64,000 nucleotides of DNA from an uncultured Candidatus Berkelbacteria bacterium (GCA_903851235.1 CAINNR010000030.1:13210-77209); one strand, 5' to 3'; positions 8,715 through 18,392 are shown, counted from the stretch's first letter. A program made the numbers and translations. The notes: generated by a model from the sequence alone, not told the origin.

Positions 8715-8760
8715 GAATTATGAATTAAGGGTTATGATTAAAGTCCAAAATTCATAATTC
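8715..8760 (+). repeat. perfect 12-bp inverted repeat (GAATTATGAATT...AATTCATAATTC, 22-nt spacer) in the gpmI 5' leader
   Basis: The arms are exact reverse complements. Located between the -10 element and the RBS. Confidence 0.55.
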
Positions 8761-8791
8761 ATTATTTATAATTCAATTTTTTAGGAGGGGC

Positions 8792-10363
8792 TTGAAAAAA
8801 GTTCTACTTGTTATTTTGGATGGTTGGGGGCTCTCGCCTTTAAAAGAAGGTAATTCTACCTATTTGGCAAAAACACCGAATTTGGATTGGGTATTCGGAT
8901 CGTACCCAAAAACTTCACTTTCAGCTTCCGGTATTGATGTCGGAATTACGCCCGGCGAATCCGGAAACTCCGAAGTCGGACACCTGAATTTGGGTTCTGG
9001 CCGTGTGGTTTGGAAGAGTTTACCTCGAATAGACCAAGCAATAGAAAACGCTGGTTTTTTTCGTAATGAAAATTTGATGAAATTGACCGACCAAATAAAA
9101 AAAACCGATGGGACATTGCATCTAATTGGACTTTGCTCTGCCGGCAGTGTTCACTCGAGTCTAAATCACCTATTTGCGCTCTTAAAGTTTGCCAGCGACA
9201 AAAATTTGGAAAAAATTTATATTCACATGATTACAGACGGTCGTGACACGGCGCCACAAGTTGCCAAAGAGGACATTGATCGAATTCAAGCGGAGATTTC
9301 AAAGACAGGGGTCGGCAAAATCGCCACCATTATCGGTCGGTTTTATGCCATGGATCGCGACAAACATTTTGAGCGAGTTGAAAAGGCGTATAATCTTTGG
9401 GTTTTGGGTCAGGGTGATTTTTACTCCGGTGCAAAAGAAGCTATCGACGCCAACTATCGCGCCGGCGCCGACGATGAGAAAATCGGCCCATGTTTAATCG
9501 ACAAGGATGGCCTAATCCGTCCGGGCGATGGTATTATCTTCTTTAACTTCCGAGCCGATAGAGTGCGCCAGATCCTCAATGTTTTTGAAAGTGATAGCTT
9601 CTCCGAATTTCAAAAGCAAAAAATTGACAATTTGAGTATTTTGACGATGACAAAATACTTTGACGATCAGCTATCACCGGTAATATTTCCGCCACTTGAT
9701 ATGAATAATGTTGTCGCTGATATTATCGAATCCAACAATTTAAGTCAAAGTCATATCGCCGAAACGGAAAAGTATGCTCATGTGACCTATTTCTTTAACG
9801 GTGGTGAGGAGAAACCGCACGAGCATGAAGATCAAGTTCTTGTGCCATCACAACGAGTCGAAAGTTACACCACAGCACCAGAGATGTCGGCGGTGGCGAT
9901 TAAAGACAAAGTGGTGGAAGCAATTCAAAATCAAAAAGATTTTATTGTCGTTAATTTTGCCAATGGCGATATGGTCGGCCATACTGGAAATTTGCAGGCG
10001 ACGATTAAGGCGGTTGAGTCGGTTGACGAGAATATTGGTCTGCTACTGTCATCGGCGTCGGCAAAAGGTTATAATGTAATTATCACCGCCGACCATGGAA
10101 ATTGTGAAGTAATGATTAACCCGTCGAGCGGCGAAATTAATAAGGAACACACCGGAAGTCCGGTACCGTTTGTTGTTTGTGACTTGTCGGCAAAACCATT
10201 CACGCCGCAAAACGGTAGCGATTTTAATCATGAATCGTTGTTGGAATATTCCGCTAATGCCCCGACCGGGATATTGGCCGATGTGGCACCAACAGTTTTA
10301 GGCATAATCGGTATCGACAAACCGGCGGAAATGAATGGAATAGATATCAGCAAGTTAATTTAA
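8792..10363 (+). CDS. gpmI: 2,3-bisphosphoglycerate-independent phosphoglycerate mutase (TTG start)
   Basis: ILDGWG and NSEVGHLNLGSGR motifs plus the ADHGN metal site. AGGAGGGG RBS. Confidence 0.9.
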   Translation: MKKVLLVILDGWGLSPLKEGNSTYLAKTPNLDWVFGSYPKTSLSASGIDVGITPGESGNSEVGHLNLGSGRVVWKSLPRIDQAIENAGFFRNENLMKLTDQIKKTDGTLHLIGLCSAGSVHSSLNHLFALLKFASDKNLEKIYIHMITDGRDTAPQVAKEDIDRIQAEISKTGVGKIATIIGRFYAMDRDKHFERVEKAYNLWVLGQGDFYSGAKEAIDANYRAGADDEKIGPCLIDKDGLIRPGDGIIFFNFRADRVRQILNVFESDSFSEFQKQKIDNLSILTMTKYFDDQLSPVIFPPLDMNNVVADIIESNNLSQSHIAETEKYAHVTYFFNGGEEKPHEHEDQVLVPSQRVESYTTAPEMSAVAIKDKVVEAIQNQKDFIVVNFANGDMVGHTGNLQATIKAVESVDENIGLLLSSASAKGYNVIITADHGNCEVMINPSSGEINKEHTGSPVPFVVCDLSAKPFTPQNGSDFNHESLLEYSANAPTGILADVAPTVLGIIGIDKPAEMNGIDISKLI

Positions 10364-10441
10364 AATGTAAAATATAAAGTTCAAAATTATTGAGAGCATT
10401 TTATGCTCGAACCATAGTAGTGAATTCCGTTATTTTACATT
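10364..10441 (+). repeat. 11-bp inverted repeat (AATGTAAAATA...TATTTTACATT) enclosing an inner hairpin GAGCATtttATGCTC, in the gpmI-ftsE intergenic region
   Basis: Exact reverse-complement arms about 56 nt apart. Confidence 0.4.
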
Positions 10442-10467
10442 TTGATTTTTGAATTTTAAATTTTACC

Positions 10468-11148
10468 ATGATTGAATTTCAGCATGTGACAAAAAAATAT
10501 GGCAAATACATCATTGCAGTTGACGACGTGACTTTTAAGATTGGTGCGCATGAGTTTGTGGCTTTGGTCGGACCGTCCGGCGCCGGAAAATCAACATTGA
10601 TAAAAATGTTGACGCGAGAAGAGGAGCCGACAAGCGGTAGAATTTTAGTCGCCGACCGCGACATTTTCCAATTAAAAGAGCGTGAATTGCCGTATTACCG
10701 ACGGAAGGTCGGTGTGGTTTTTCAGGATTTCAAACTCTTGGCGCGAAAAACGGTATATGAAAATGTTGCCTTTGCGCTTGAGGTTGCCGGTGTGGTTCCA
10801 TCGGTAATCAAAAAGAGAGTGGCGGAAATGTTGACATTAGTTGGTCTGGATAATCGTCCGGATGCGCTGGCGGAGGAGTTGTCCGGCGGGGAAAAACAGC
10901 GAATCTCTATTGCCAGAGCTTTAGTTCACGAGCCGAAGCTTTTAATCGCCGACGAACCGACCGGCAACTTGGATCCGGTCAATTCTTGGGAAATCATCGA
11001 ACTACTATTCAAAATCAATAAGCAGGGGACAATAGTCTTGCTAGCGACACACAACAAAGAGGTTGTTGATGCCATTCACAAGCGGGTTATCACGATGAAA
11101 GATGGAAAAGTTATCAATGACAAAGAGGATGGAAAGTACATATTATAA
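10468..11148 (+). CDS. ftsE: cell-division ABC ATPase FtsE
   Basis: Walker A GPSGAGKST, LSGGEKQR signature and Walker B LLIADEPTGNLD. Confidence 0.9.
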   Translation: MIEFQHVTKKYGKYIIAVDDVTFKIGAHEFVALVGPSGAGKSTLIKMLTREEEPTSGRILVADRDIFQLKERELPYYRRKVGVVFQDFKLLARKTVYENVAFALEVAGVVPSVIKKRVAEMLTLVGLDNRPDALAEELSGGEKQRISIARALVHEPKLLIADEPTGNLDPVNSWEIIELLFKINKQGTIVLLATHNKEVVDAIHKRVITMKDGKVINDKEDGKYIL

Positions 11149-11229
11149 TCACAAGAATGAATGACTAATAACTTATAACAAATATTGTCCAAATAACCAT
11201 TAGCTATCAGTATAATTTGTTATCCATTC

Positions 11230-12183
11230 ATGGAGTATTTCATGCAAACTAGCGGATTTTCCAACTTAATAATGACAGTTAGCAGAGTTCTGAAGATGAG
11301 TTTTTTGTCATTTTGGCGCAACCGACTTTTATCATTGGCGACAACGGTAATTATTGTTTTGGCCCTGTTCATCATCTCGATATTTTCTCTGACTATAGTA
11401 GTGGCCAACAAAGCGGCCCAAACTCTAAACGGCAAAGTTGACTTGACGGTTTATTTGAAGGATGCCGACACTGATGATCAAGTTACGGCTTTGCAACAAA
11501 TCATCGAGTCGCGGCCTGAAGTGAAAAACGTCTCGTTGATTTCCAAGGATCAAGCGTTGTCAATTTGGCAAAAAAGTCACGCCGACAACTCTGATATTGC
11601 CAATGTGATCTCCCAGGCTGACAATCCGTTGCCGCGGAGTTTCGAGATCAAAACTGCCGATCCGACGCAAATTGAAACCGTTGCTAACTTTCTTGATAAT
11701 CAGGATTACGCGCCGTTAATTCAGCAGATCAGTTATAAGCAAACAAAAGACATTGTTGACAGGTTAATTCGAATTACCGGTTTTGTCAAAACTCTCGGGC
11801 TGGCGTTATCATTGATATTTATTTTAATTTCAGTTTTAATCGTTTACAACACACTCCGTTTGACAATTTACAGTCGGTCTGATGAAATAGAAATTATGAA
11901 GTTGGTTGGTGCTTCGGATTCGTATGTTCGAGCACCGTTTATGATTGAGGGTATGACTTACGGTTTTCTTGGCGCGATTATCTCATCGATAATTTTCTTT
12001 GTCGTTTATCGAGTTTCTTTGCCGCCGGCGGAAAGTTATCTTGGCATCAGCGATTTATCTTCATCGTTATCATCAACACTTTGGTTAATTGTCGCCTCGC
12101 AATTTATTGTCGGGTTGTTGATGGGAGCAATCTGCTCCTTAGTCGCAATGCGACAGTATTTATTCGGCAAAAAAAAGAAATGA
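11230..12183 (+). CDS. ftsX: cell-division permease-like protein FtsX
   Basis: Four TM segments with a large extracytoplasmic loop. Follows ftsE. Confidence 0.85.
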   Translation: MEYFMQTSGFSNLIMTVSRVLKMSFLSFWRNRLLSLATTVIIVLALFIISIFSLTIVVANKAAQTLNGKVDLTVYLKDADTDDQVTALQQIIESRPEVKNVSLISKDQALSIWQKSHADNSDIANVISQADNPLPRSFEIKTADPTQIETVANFLDNQDYAPLIQQISYKQTKDIVDRLIRITGFVKTLGLALSLIFILISVLIVYNTLRLTIYSRSDEIEIMKLVGASDSYVRAPFMIEGMTYGFLGAIISSIIFFVVYRVSLPPAESYLGISDLSSSLSSTLWLIVASQFIVGLLMGAICSLVAMRQYLFGKKKK

Positions 12184-13319
12184 AAAAACCATACCGTCTA
12201 AATTTTATTGTCTCGCTAATAATTTTGGCACTCTGTTTTTGTCACGGAGTTTCGATATTCGCCGCCACTCAGCAGGATTTGAATAATGCCAAAGCGGCCC
12301 AGCAGCAAGCAGCAGCAGCGGCCAAGGCCAAAGCGGATCAGGCAGCGCAAATACAGGGTCAAATTTCCGTCATCAGCGGTCAAATTAACGCAACACAAAG
12401 TGCGCTAGATCAAACAAACGGTAATATTGCCGGTACTCAGACGACAATTGATGATTTAACCGACCAGATTGCAGCCCAAGAAAGTAAACTTGTCGATGAA
12501 AAAAATAAACTGGACGAGGTTGTTTCTTCTTGGTATATGGAAGGCAGCTCAGGCTTTTTTCAAACACTGTTTTCTTCGAAAAGTCTGTCGGACATGGTTT
12601 CAAAACAGCAATATTATGATTCGATCAAACAACAAGTTACTAATACAATGGATCAAATTAATGATCTAAAAGCGCAATTAGCAGCGCAAAAAAGCGATCA
12701 GCAAACGAAGATGGCAAGTTTACAAAGTTTGCAACAACAACAGAGCTCTTATAAAAGTTCGGTTGAAAATCAGAAAAGTCTTCAAACGCAAATGCTCAAT
12801 ATGACTTTGGCGCAACAGCAACAATATTTAGCTTTAGTCGCCAAGCTTCAAAACGATATCTCTCATATCTCCGCCGACCTTTACGCCCAACGAATGAAAT
12901 CTTCACCCGGTGTTGCCGGTGCTTTGGGCTATCAGTATATGCAGCCACCGAATGTCTATGTTCTTGACCCGTGGAATTTTTATGAATCGGAGTGTACCGG
13001 ATATGCCGCTTGGTATTGGAATGATGTTTTAGGAAAACATTGGGTTAACACCAGACCGGGTTCCGGTAGCGCTTGGAACTGGCCGGCGCTGGCCAGTGAT
13101 CAGGGTTACTCGGTTTCCCAAACTCCGCGAGTTGGAGCGATAATTTCATGGCAGGCTAGCTATTTATCATCCGATTGGGGACACGTGGCAATCGTCCAAG
13201 CAGTTCACTCGGATGGCACAATTGATGTTTCCGAATATAACTGGTCATATAATCATGGCGGTGATATTAAAACCAACTTAAACCCGTCAAGTCGCGGACC
13301 ATACAGTTATATTTATTGA
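12180..13319 (+). CDS. secreted coiled-coil + C-terminal CHAP-domain peptidoglycan hydrolase (PcsB-like, FtsEX-associated)
   Basis: Signal peptide and a long Q/A-rich coiled coil. CHAP domain Cys and His (ECTGYAAWYW ... GHVAIV). ATGA start-stop overlap with ftsX, so start is placed at 12180. Confidence 0.75.
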   Translation: MKKPYRLNFIVSLIILALCFCHGVSIFAATQQDLNNAKAAQQQAAAAAKAKADQAAQIQGQISVISGQINATQSALDQTNGNIAGTQTTIDDLTDQIAAQESKLVDEKNKLDEVVSSWYMEGSSGFFQTLFSSKSLSDMVSKQQYYDSIKQQVTNTMDQINDLKAQLAAQKSDQQTKMASLQSLQQQQSSYKSSVENQKSLQTQMLNMTLAQQQQYLALVAKLQNDISHISADLYAQRMKSSPGVAGALGYQYMQPPNVYVLDPWNFYESECTGYAAWYWNDVLGKHWVNTRPGSGSAWNWPALASDQGYSVSQTPRVGAIISWQASYLSSDWGHVAIVQAVHSDGTIDVSEYNWSYNHGGDIKTNLNPSSRGPYSYIY

Positions 13320-13381
13320 TATGATTTGAAATTCAAATAACGCACAAAGACAATTCCGTTTGGTTTTGATATAATAAATTT

Positions 13382-14584
13382 GTGAAGAGAAATAAAAAAA
13401 TAATTCTAAAAATTGTCACGGCGCTTTTGGCGCTTGGTTTGATTTTTTATGCCGGTTACGGTTTCGGACTCCGTCGCGGTTCAGGTGATTTCATCCCGTC
13501 TGTTATTAGCAATTCAAACTCCGGTCAGCCGGCAAACGTCGATTTTTCATTATTCTGGCAAACTTGGAACAAGGTTCGGGATTCGTACAATAATTCCTCT
13601 GATCCGCAGTCGATGGTTTATGGCGCAATTTCCGGCATGGTTTCCTCGCTCGGTGATCCATATACAGAATTTTTAAAACCGTCGGACAACAAGGCGCTGA
13701 CGTCGGATTTATCGGGACAGCTGGAAGGGATCGGCGCCGAGCTGACAATGGACAATGATGCTGTAACGGTTATTGCACCACTGGCGTCATCACCGGCGGA
13801 AAAAGCCGGAATCAAAGCCCGTGATATAATTTTAATGGTTGACGAAACATCAACCAACAATTTAACTCTGACCGAAGTTGTTAATAAAATTCGTGGCGCG
13901 GCTGGAACGCAAGTAAAACTGGAGATTCAGCACGCCGGCGCTTCCACGCCGATCAATTTGACGATCATAAGGGCAAAGATTACTGTGCCAAGTGTGACTT
14001 ACGGTTTGAATCAGGATGGAAATAAAAAAATCGCCACTTTCACCATCAGCCAGTTTGGCGACGATACCAGTTCGCTGGTGGAAAAATTTGCCAATCAAGC
14101 GATTAGTGACAAGGCGGATGGTATTATTCTCGACTTGCGCGACAACCCCGGTGGTTATTTGGACAGTGCGGTCACTGTTGCCGGCGTGTTTTTACCGAAC
14201 AATAAGCTGGTTGTTAGCGAGGTTGACAAAAATGGTAAAAAGCAAGAGTATAAAACCAGCGGCGCGGCAACTTTGGCGAATTTGCCTCTAATAGTTTTGG
14301 TTAATGGTGGTAGCGCTTCGGCATCGGAGATATTAACCGGTGCGATAAAAGATAATAAACGCGGCGAAATAATCGGCGAGAAAACTTTTGGTAAGGGTTG
14401 TGTTCAGCAAATTATACCGCTTTCCGGCGGATCGGCGCTGAAAGTCACAATCGCCAATTGGTTAACGCCAAATGGGTCGCAAATAAATAAAATCGGCATT
14501 ACGCCGGATGTTGTCGTCACGTCACCGACGGATAATTCATCTGATCCGCAAATGGAAAAAGCAAAATTGGAAATTACGAAATAA
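13382..14584 (+). CDS. ctpA: C-terminal processing (tail-specific) S41 peptidase with PDZ domain (GTG start)
   Basis: PDZ domain (GIGAEL...GIKARDIIL). S41 catalytic region (ILDLRDNPGG, GGSASASEI, TFGKG). Confidence 0.85.
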   Translation: MKRNKKIILKIVTALLALGLIFYAGYGFGLRRGSGDFIPSVISNSNSGQPANVDFSLFWQTWNKVRDSYNNSSDPQSMVYGAISGMVSSLGDPYTEFLKPSDNKALTSDLSGQLEGIGAELTMDNDAVTVIAPLASSPAEKAGIKARDIILMVDETSTNNLTLTEVVNKIRGAAGTQVKLEIQHAGASTPINLTIIRAKITVPSVTYGLNQDGNKKIATFTISQFGDDTSSLVEKFANQAISDKADGIILDLRDNPGGYLDSAVTVAGVFLPNNKLVVSEVDKNGKKQEYKTSGAATLANLPLIVLVNGGSASASEILTGAIKDNKRGEIIGEKTFGKGCVQQIIPLSGGSALKVTIANWLTPNGSQINKIGITPDVVVTSPTDNSSDPQMEKAKLEITK

Positions 14585-14612
14585 TTTTAAATTTTAAATT
14601 TATAATTTAATA

Positions 14613-15077
14613 TTGATAGTCATGAAAATAATTCTCACGTCTGAGATCAAAAACATCGGCCAAAAAGGCGATATCAAAGAAGTTAAGCCGGGATACGCGC
14701 GGAATTTTTTGTTTCCAAAAGATTTGGCGGTTCCTGCCGATTCCGCTCGTGGGCAGGAAATAATCAAAATCAAAGAGACTGAATCCGAAAAGCAGGGGGA
14801 AGAGATTGGGAAAATCGCTGAACTTGTTCGTGCCAATCAAAATTTTATAATAAAGTTCGAGCGGAAAGCTTCAAGTGAGGGAAAGTTATTTGGCAGTGTC
14901 GCCGTCAAAGAAATCAAAGTCGCGGCTGAAAAAAAGCTGGGGACAAAAGTCGAATCATTGACACCGGATCATCCGGTGAAAGAGATCGGCGACCACAAAT
15001 ATAATTTAGGGTTTAAGGGTCAGCAGACATTAGACATTATCGTCTCGATTGTGCCGTTATCGATAAAGAAGAAGTAG
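14613..15077 (+). CDS. rplI: 50S ribosomal protein L9
   Basis: MKIILTSEIKNIGQKGDIKEVKPGYARNFLFP. Confidence 0.9.
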   Translation: MIVMKIILTSEIKNIGQKGDIKEVKPGYARNFLFPKDLAVPADSARGQEIIKIKETESEKQGEEIGKIAELVRANQNFIIKFERKASSEGKLFGSVAVKEIKVAAEKKLGTKVESLTPDHPVKEIGDHKYNLGFKGQQTLDIIVSIVPLSIKKK

Positions 15078-15124
15078 CGGAAAGCGCGAAAATAATATAG
15101 AATTGGTGTAGATAGGAGGGGTCT

Positions 15125-16972
15125 ATGGCTGATGTTGGAAAAACTACCGGTGGTTCGCCGTGGGATGAACCACTACCCGAAGGTGCTGAAACTAAGAAAC
15201 CAATGCCGACAATCGTTGGTGATCTTGATGTTAGCAAAAATATTCAACAGGCGCAAACAGCCGAAAATCAGAAACCGACTGAATTAAAACTCCCGACCAA
15301 TACCGAGGAGAAAGTTGGCGCCAAAGTTGATGTTGCGGCTGAAACTCCGGTGATTACTCCGGCTCAACCGATTGCAACTTCGGCACCAAACGCTAATCCT
15401 AGCCCTCAAGTTGCACCAAAAGCCCCGGAGGCTAACTCCGATTTTTGGCAATCAATTTATGGACAAACCGCGAGCGCTCCGGTACCAACTGAAACTCTGG
15501 TTCCGAAACCAACTCAACCGGCGCAACCGAAACCGCTGGCTCCGATTGTGCCAACAGCAGTAACAAACATCATCAATCAGCCGCAACCTGTGGCATCAGC
15601 TCCCGCAACGACGCCACAAGTTCCAATCCGTCCAACGACTCAACAACCGGTATCTCAACCATCGGCACCGCTGCCAAAGGCAGATAATCTCGTGGCGCCT
15701 AATCAGAAAACAGCAAATAATCGAATTAAAACCTTTATTATTGCCGGCGTTGTCGGGGTCGTCATACTTTTCACTGGCGGAGTGTTTTTGACTGAAAAAG
15801 GTATAATTTCGATCGGTTTAGAAAAAATTTACGGCGCGATTCATCTTGATGCCATTTGGGGCGGTTTACCGGCCAACGCTGAAAACGCCTTCGCCATGTC
15901 TGCGTTGAAGATGAAAACGGAAAAAGGTTATAAAATATCGGGAAACGCGACAATCACCGTCAATAAAGGGGTAAAATCCGACTTAATCTCACCCATTGTT
16001 TCGACGGCCGGTAACCAAACATCCATCGACAGTCAGTCAACGGCGACAGAGAGTTCCGGTTTATCAACGGTTGAAGAGTTGACCACTGAAATTAACGCCC
16101 AAATTACCGATTCCGTCAGTGGCGTCGACATCAACATCAAATCAAGTGAAAACTCAAATTCTAAAATTCAGCTGGTTTATTCGAGCGACAAAATGTACTT
16201 GAAAACCTCGGACGATATTGTTTACGGCAGCCAAACAAAGGGTAGCTGGGCATCGTTAGATTTTAATAAATTTGGCAACGATAATCCAGGGCAAAGCTTT
16301 TTGGGTAGCCAATTTTCCGGTTCGGATTTCTCGATTGTCGGGAGTCGCGGTACGGAGGAAACAATTAACGGCGTTCGCTGCTTTCATTACACCGGTGTCG
16401 CGACCATTGGGAACGCCCTGCAAAATTTTGGTCTTTCGAATGACAGCATCTCCAGTCTGAACATGGATTACTGGCTTGGTACGAATGACCACTTTATCCG
16501 TCGGCTGACTATGAGAATTATTCCCGGAAGCAAGTCGGCTGTTTCCAGAATTGATATGACACTCGATTTTTCTGATTTCGGCAATAACTCTTCTGATTTT
16601 ATAATACCGGCAACTTCGACACCTTTCTCTGCTTCGGCATCAACATCATCAACAGTCGGGGCCAGAGATAATCAAAGAAAAACCGACCTCGCCAACATCG
16701 CTAAAGCTCTGGAGAGTTATCACACGGCTAACGGAGAATATCCGCAAGCGACGGGCACGGAAAAAATTTCACCGACATCTGGAACACTTTTTTCCAGTTT
16801 GGTTCCAACCTACTTATCTACACTACCACTTGACCCGAACGACCCAACCAATTATTATGGATATGTATCCGATGGCGCGAGTTATACGTTATCGTCTGTT
16901 TTGGAGGATAAAACCGACACATCGGGCAAACAGGTTGGGGCTAACTACTTGTATTTTCTTTCAAGTTTGTAA
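15125..16972 (+). CDS. large membrane-anchored protein: Pro/Ala/Thr/Gln-rich cytoplasmic N-terminus, single TM, extracellular region, C-terminal pilin-like domain
   Basis: GGAGGGG RBS. TM segment IKTFIIAGVVGVVILFTGGVFL. C-terminal RDNQRKTDLANIAKALESYHTANGEYP resembles the conserved segment that follows the N-terminal helix of type IV pilins and pseudopilins. Confidence 0.6.
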   Translation: MADVGKTTGGSPWDEPLPEGAETKKPMPTIVGDLDVSKNIQQAQTAENQKPTELKLPTNTEEKVGAKVDVAAETPVITPAQPIATSAPNANPSPQVAPKAPEANSDFWQSIYGQTASAPVPTETLVPKPTQPAQPKPLAPIVPTAVTNIINQPQPVASAPATTPQVPIRPTTQQPVSQPSAPLPKADNLVAPNQKTANNRIKTFIIAGVVGVVILFTGGVFLTEKGIISIGLEKIYGAIHLDAIWGGLPANAENAFAMSALKMKTEKGYKISGNATITVNKGVKSDLISPIVSTAGNQTSIDSQSTATESSGLSTVEELTTEINAQITDSVSGVDINIKSSENSNSKIQLVYSSDKMYLKTSDDIVYGSQTKGSWASLDFNKFGNDNPGQSFLGSQFSGSDFSIVGSRGTEETINGVRCFHYTGVATIGNALQNFGLSNDSISSLNMDYWLGTNDHFIRRLTMRIIPGSKSAVSRIDMTLDFSDFGNNSSDFIIPATSTPFSASASTSSTVGARDNQRKTDLANIAKALESYHTANGEYPQATGTEKISPTSGTLFSSLVPTYLSTLPLDPNDPTNYYGYVSDGASYTLSSVLEDKTDTSGKQVGANYLYFLSSL

Positions 16973-16993
16973 TAATAAGGTCTAGGAGTTAAT

Positions 16994-17548
16994 ATGACAG
17001 GTTTATGGATTATTGTTGGCATCATCGTATTATTACTAATCATCATTGCCTCGGTTTTTAATCGATTGGTGAGTTTAAAAAACCGTACCGATGAAGCCTG
17101 GAGCGACATTGACGTTCAACTGAAGCGGCGACATGATTTGATTCCCAATTTGGTTGAAATGGTCAAGGGTTATGCTAAACATGAAAAGGAAGTTTTTGAA
17201 AAAGTTACCGAAGCCAGAACTGCGGCAATTTCCTCCAAAGGTTTGGCTGAAAAAACTAAAGCCGAAAATCAGATCACTTCAGCCCTAAAATCGGTTTTTG
17301 CCGTAGCGGAAAATTATCCCGATCTAAAAGCCAACGAAAATTTCTTGGAGTTGCAACGCGAAGTTACTGATACTGAAGATAAAATTCAAGCCGCACGACG
17401 TTTTTATAACGGTAATGTTCGCGATCTTAATATCGCTATTGAAAGTTTTCCCTCAAATATTGTTGCCGGACTTTTTCATTATCAGAAAAAAGATCAGTTT
17501 GAGCTTGATGATGTTGCTGAACGTCAAAATGTTGAAGTTAAATTTTAA
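16994..17548 (+). CDS. lemA: LemA family membrane protein
   Basis: N-terminal TM, then LemA-type conserved region (WSDIDVQLKRRHDLIPNLVE...ENYPDLKANENF...ARRFYN). Confidence 0.85.
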   Translation: MTGLWIIVGIIVLLLIIIASVFNRLVSLKNRTDEAWSDIDVQLKRRHDLIPNLVEMVKGYAKHEKEVFEKVTEARTAAISSKGLAEKTKAENQITSALKSVFAVAENYPDLKANENFLELQREVTDTEDKIQAARRFYNGNVRDLNIAIESFPSNIVAGLFHYQKKDQFELDDVAERQNVEVKF

Positions 17549-17551
17549 AAA

Positions 17552-17623
17552 AAGTCAAAATTAAAAAGTAAAAATTCAAAATTATAGGTCAAAATTAGTG
17601 ATTATTAATTAAAATTTTGACTT
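17552..17623 (+). repeat. 11-bp inverted repeat (AAGTCAAAATT...AATTTTGACTT) in the lemA to DUF4870 intergenic region
   Basis: Exact reverse-complement arms about 50 nt apart. Contains TTGACT -35-like hexamers. Confidence 0.35.
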
Positions 17624-17664
17624 TTGACTTATAACTTTTGAGCTAATCAAAGAAGGGAGAAGTT

Positions 17665-18000
17665 ATGCCGGAGGAAAAGAAGGTTTCGAGTGATGAAAAC
17701 AATTTGGCGATGATCGCCCACATTTTGGGTATTGTCATCGGCTTCATTGGGCCATTGGTTATCTATTTAACCGCCAAGGACAAACCTTTTGCATACTCGC
17801 AATCAAAGGAGGCCTTGAATTTCCAGATTACAGTTTTGATCGCTTGGGTAGCTTGCGCAATTCTTTCGTTTATTGGTATTGGCTTCTTGCCTTTCGGCGC
17901 GGTTTGGGTGGTTAATTTGATTTTCTGTGTTTTGGGAGCGACAGCCGCCAGTAAGGGTGAAGCATATAAATATCCATTTGCGCTTCGTTTAGTTAATTAA
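17665..18000 (+). CDS. DUF4870-like small membrane protein (copy 1)
   Basis: AHILGIVIGFIGPLVIYL...KDKPFAYSQSKEALNFQITVLI pattern. Confidence 0.6.
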   Translation: MPEEKKVSSDENNLAMIAHILGIVIGFIGPLVIYLTAKDKPFAYSQSKEALNFQITVLIAWVACAILSFIGIGFLPFGAVWVVNLIFCVLGATAASKGEAYKYPFALRLVN

Positions 18001-18302
18001 TGGAGGTCAATTTGACCATCAAGCAGAAACTTTTGGCACTTTTATCGTATCTCTCAATTTTGTTGTTCTTCCCGCTGAATTTTATCAAAGGTGATGAATT
18101 TGTTCATTATCACGCAAAACAGGGCGTTGTAATGTTTGTGCTGGCAATTCTAATCGCCTTTACTTTTTGGATCCCTGTTGCCGGCTGGGTTTTTCTTTTG
18201 GCGTATTTGGTTATTTGGTTTACCGGAGTTCTTAATGCTTTGACCGGAAAATCAGAGCCAGTCCCGGTTGTTGGTAAAATCGCCGAGAGGTTGTCGATTT
18301 AG
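18000..18302 (+). CDS. DUF4870-like small membrane protein (copy 2, tandem paralog)
   Basis: LALLSYLSILLFFPLNFIKGDEFVHYHAKQGVVMFVLAIL pattern. TAATG stop/start overlap with copy 1. Confidence 0.6.
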   Translation: MEVNLTIKQKLLALLSYLSILLFFPLNFIKGDEFVHYHAKQGVVMFVLAILIAFTFWIPVAGWVFLLAYLVIWFTGVLNALTGKSEPVPVVGKIAERLSI

Positions 18303-18360
18303 TTTAGGCTTTTGTTTAGACCCGATGCTATCCGATCGAAATATTTGAATAATCTGTTCT

Positions 18361-18392
18361 AAAAAGATCGTTTGAAACGGTCTTTTTAGTTT
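18361..18392 (+). terminator. intrinsic terminator after the DUF4870 pair
   Basis: AAAAAGATCGtttgaaaCGGTCTTTTT followed by tag; the stem includes a G-U pair. Confidence 0.5.

Noticed and set aside
12081-12179. N-terminal extension of the CHAP protein overlapping ftsX
   Set aside because: The ATGA stop-start overlap at 12180 gives a canonical signal-peptide start (MKKPYRLNFIVSLIILALC).
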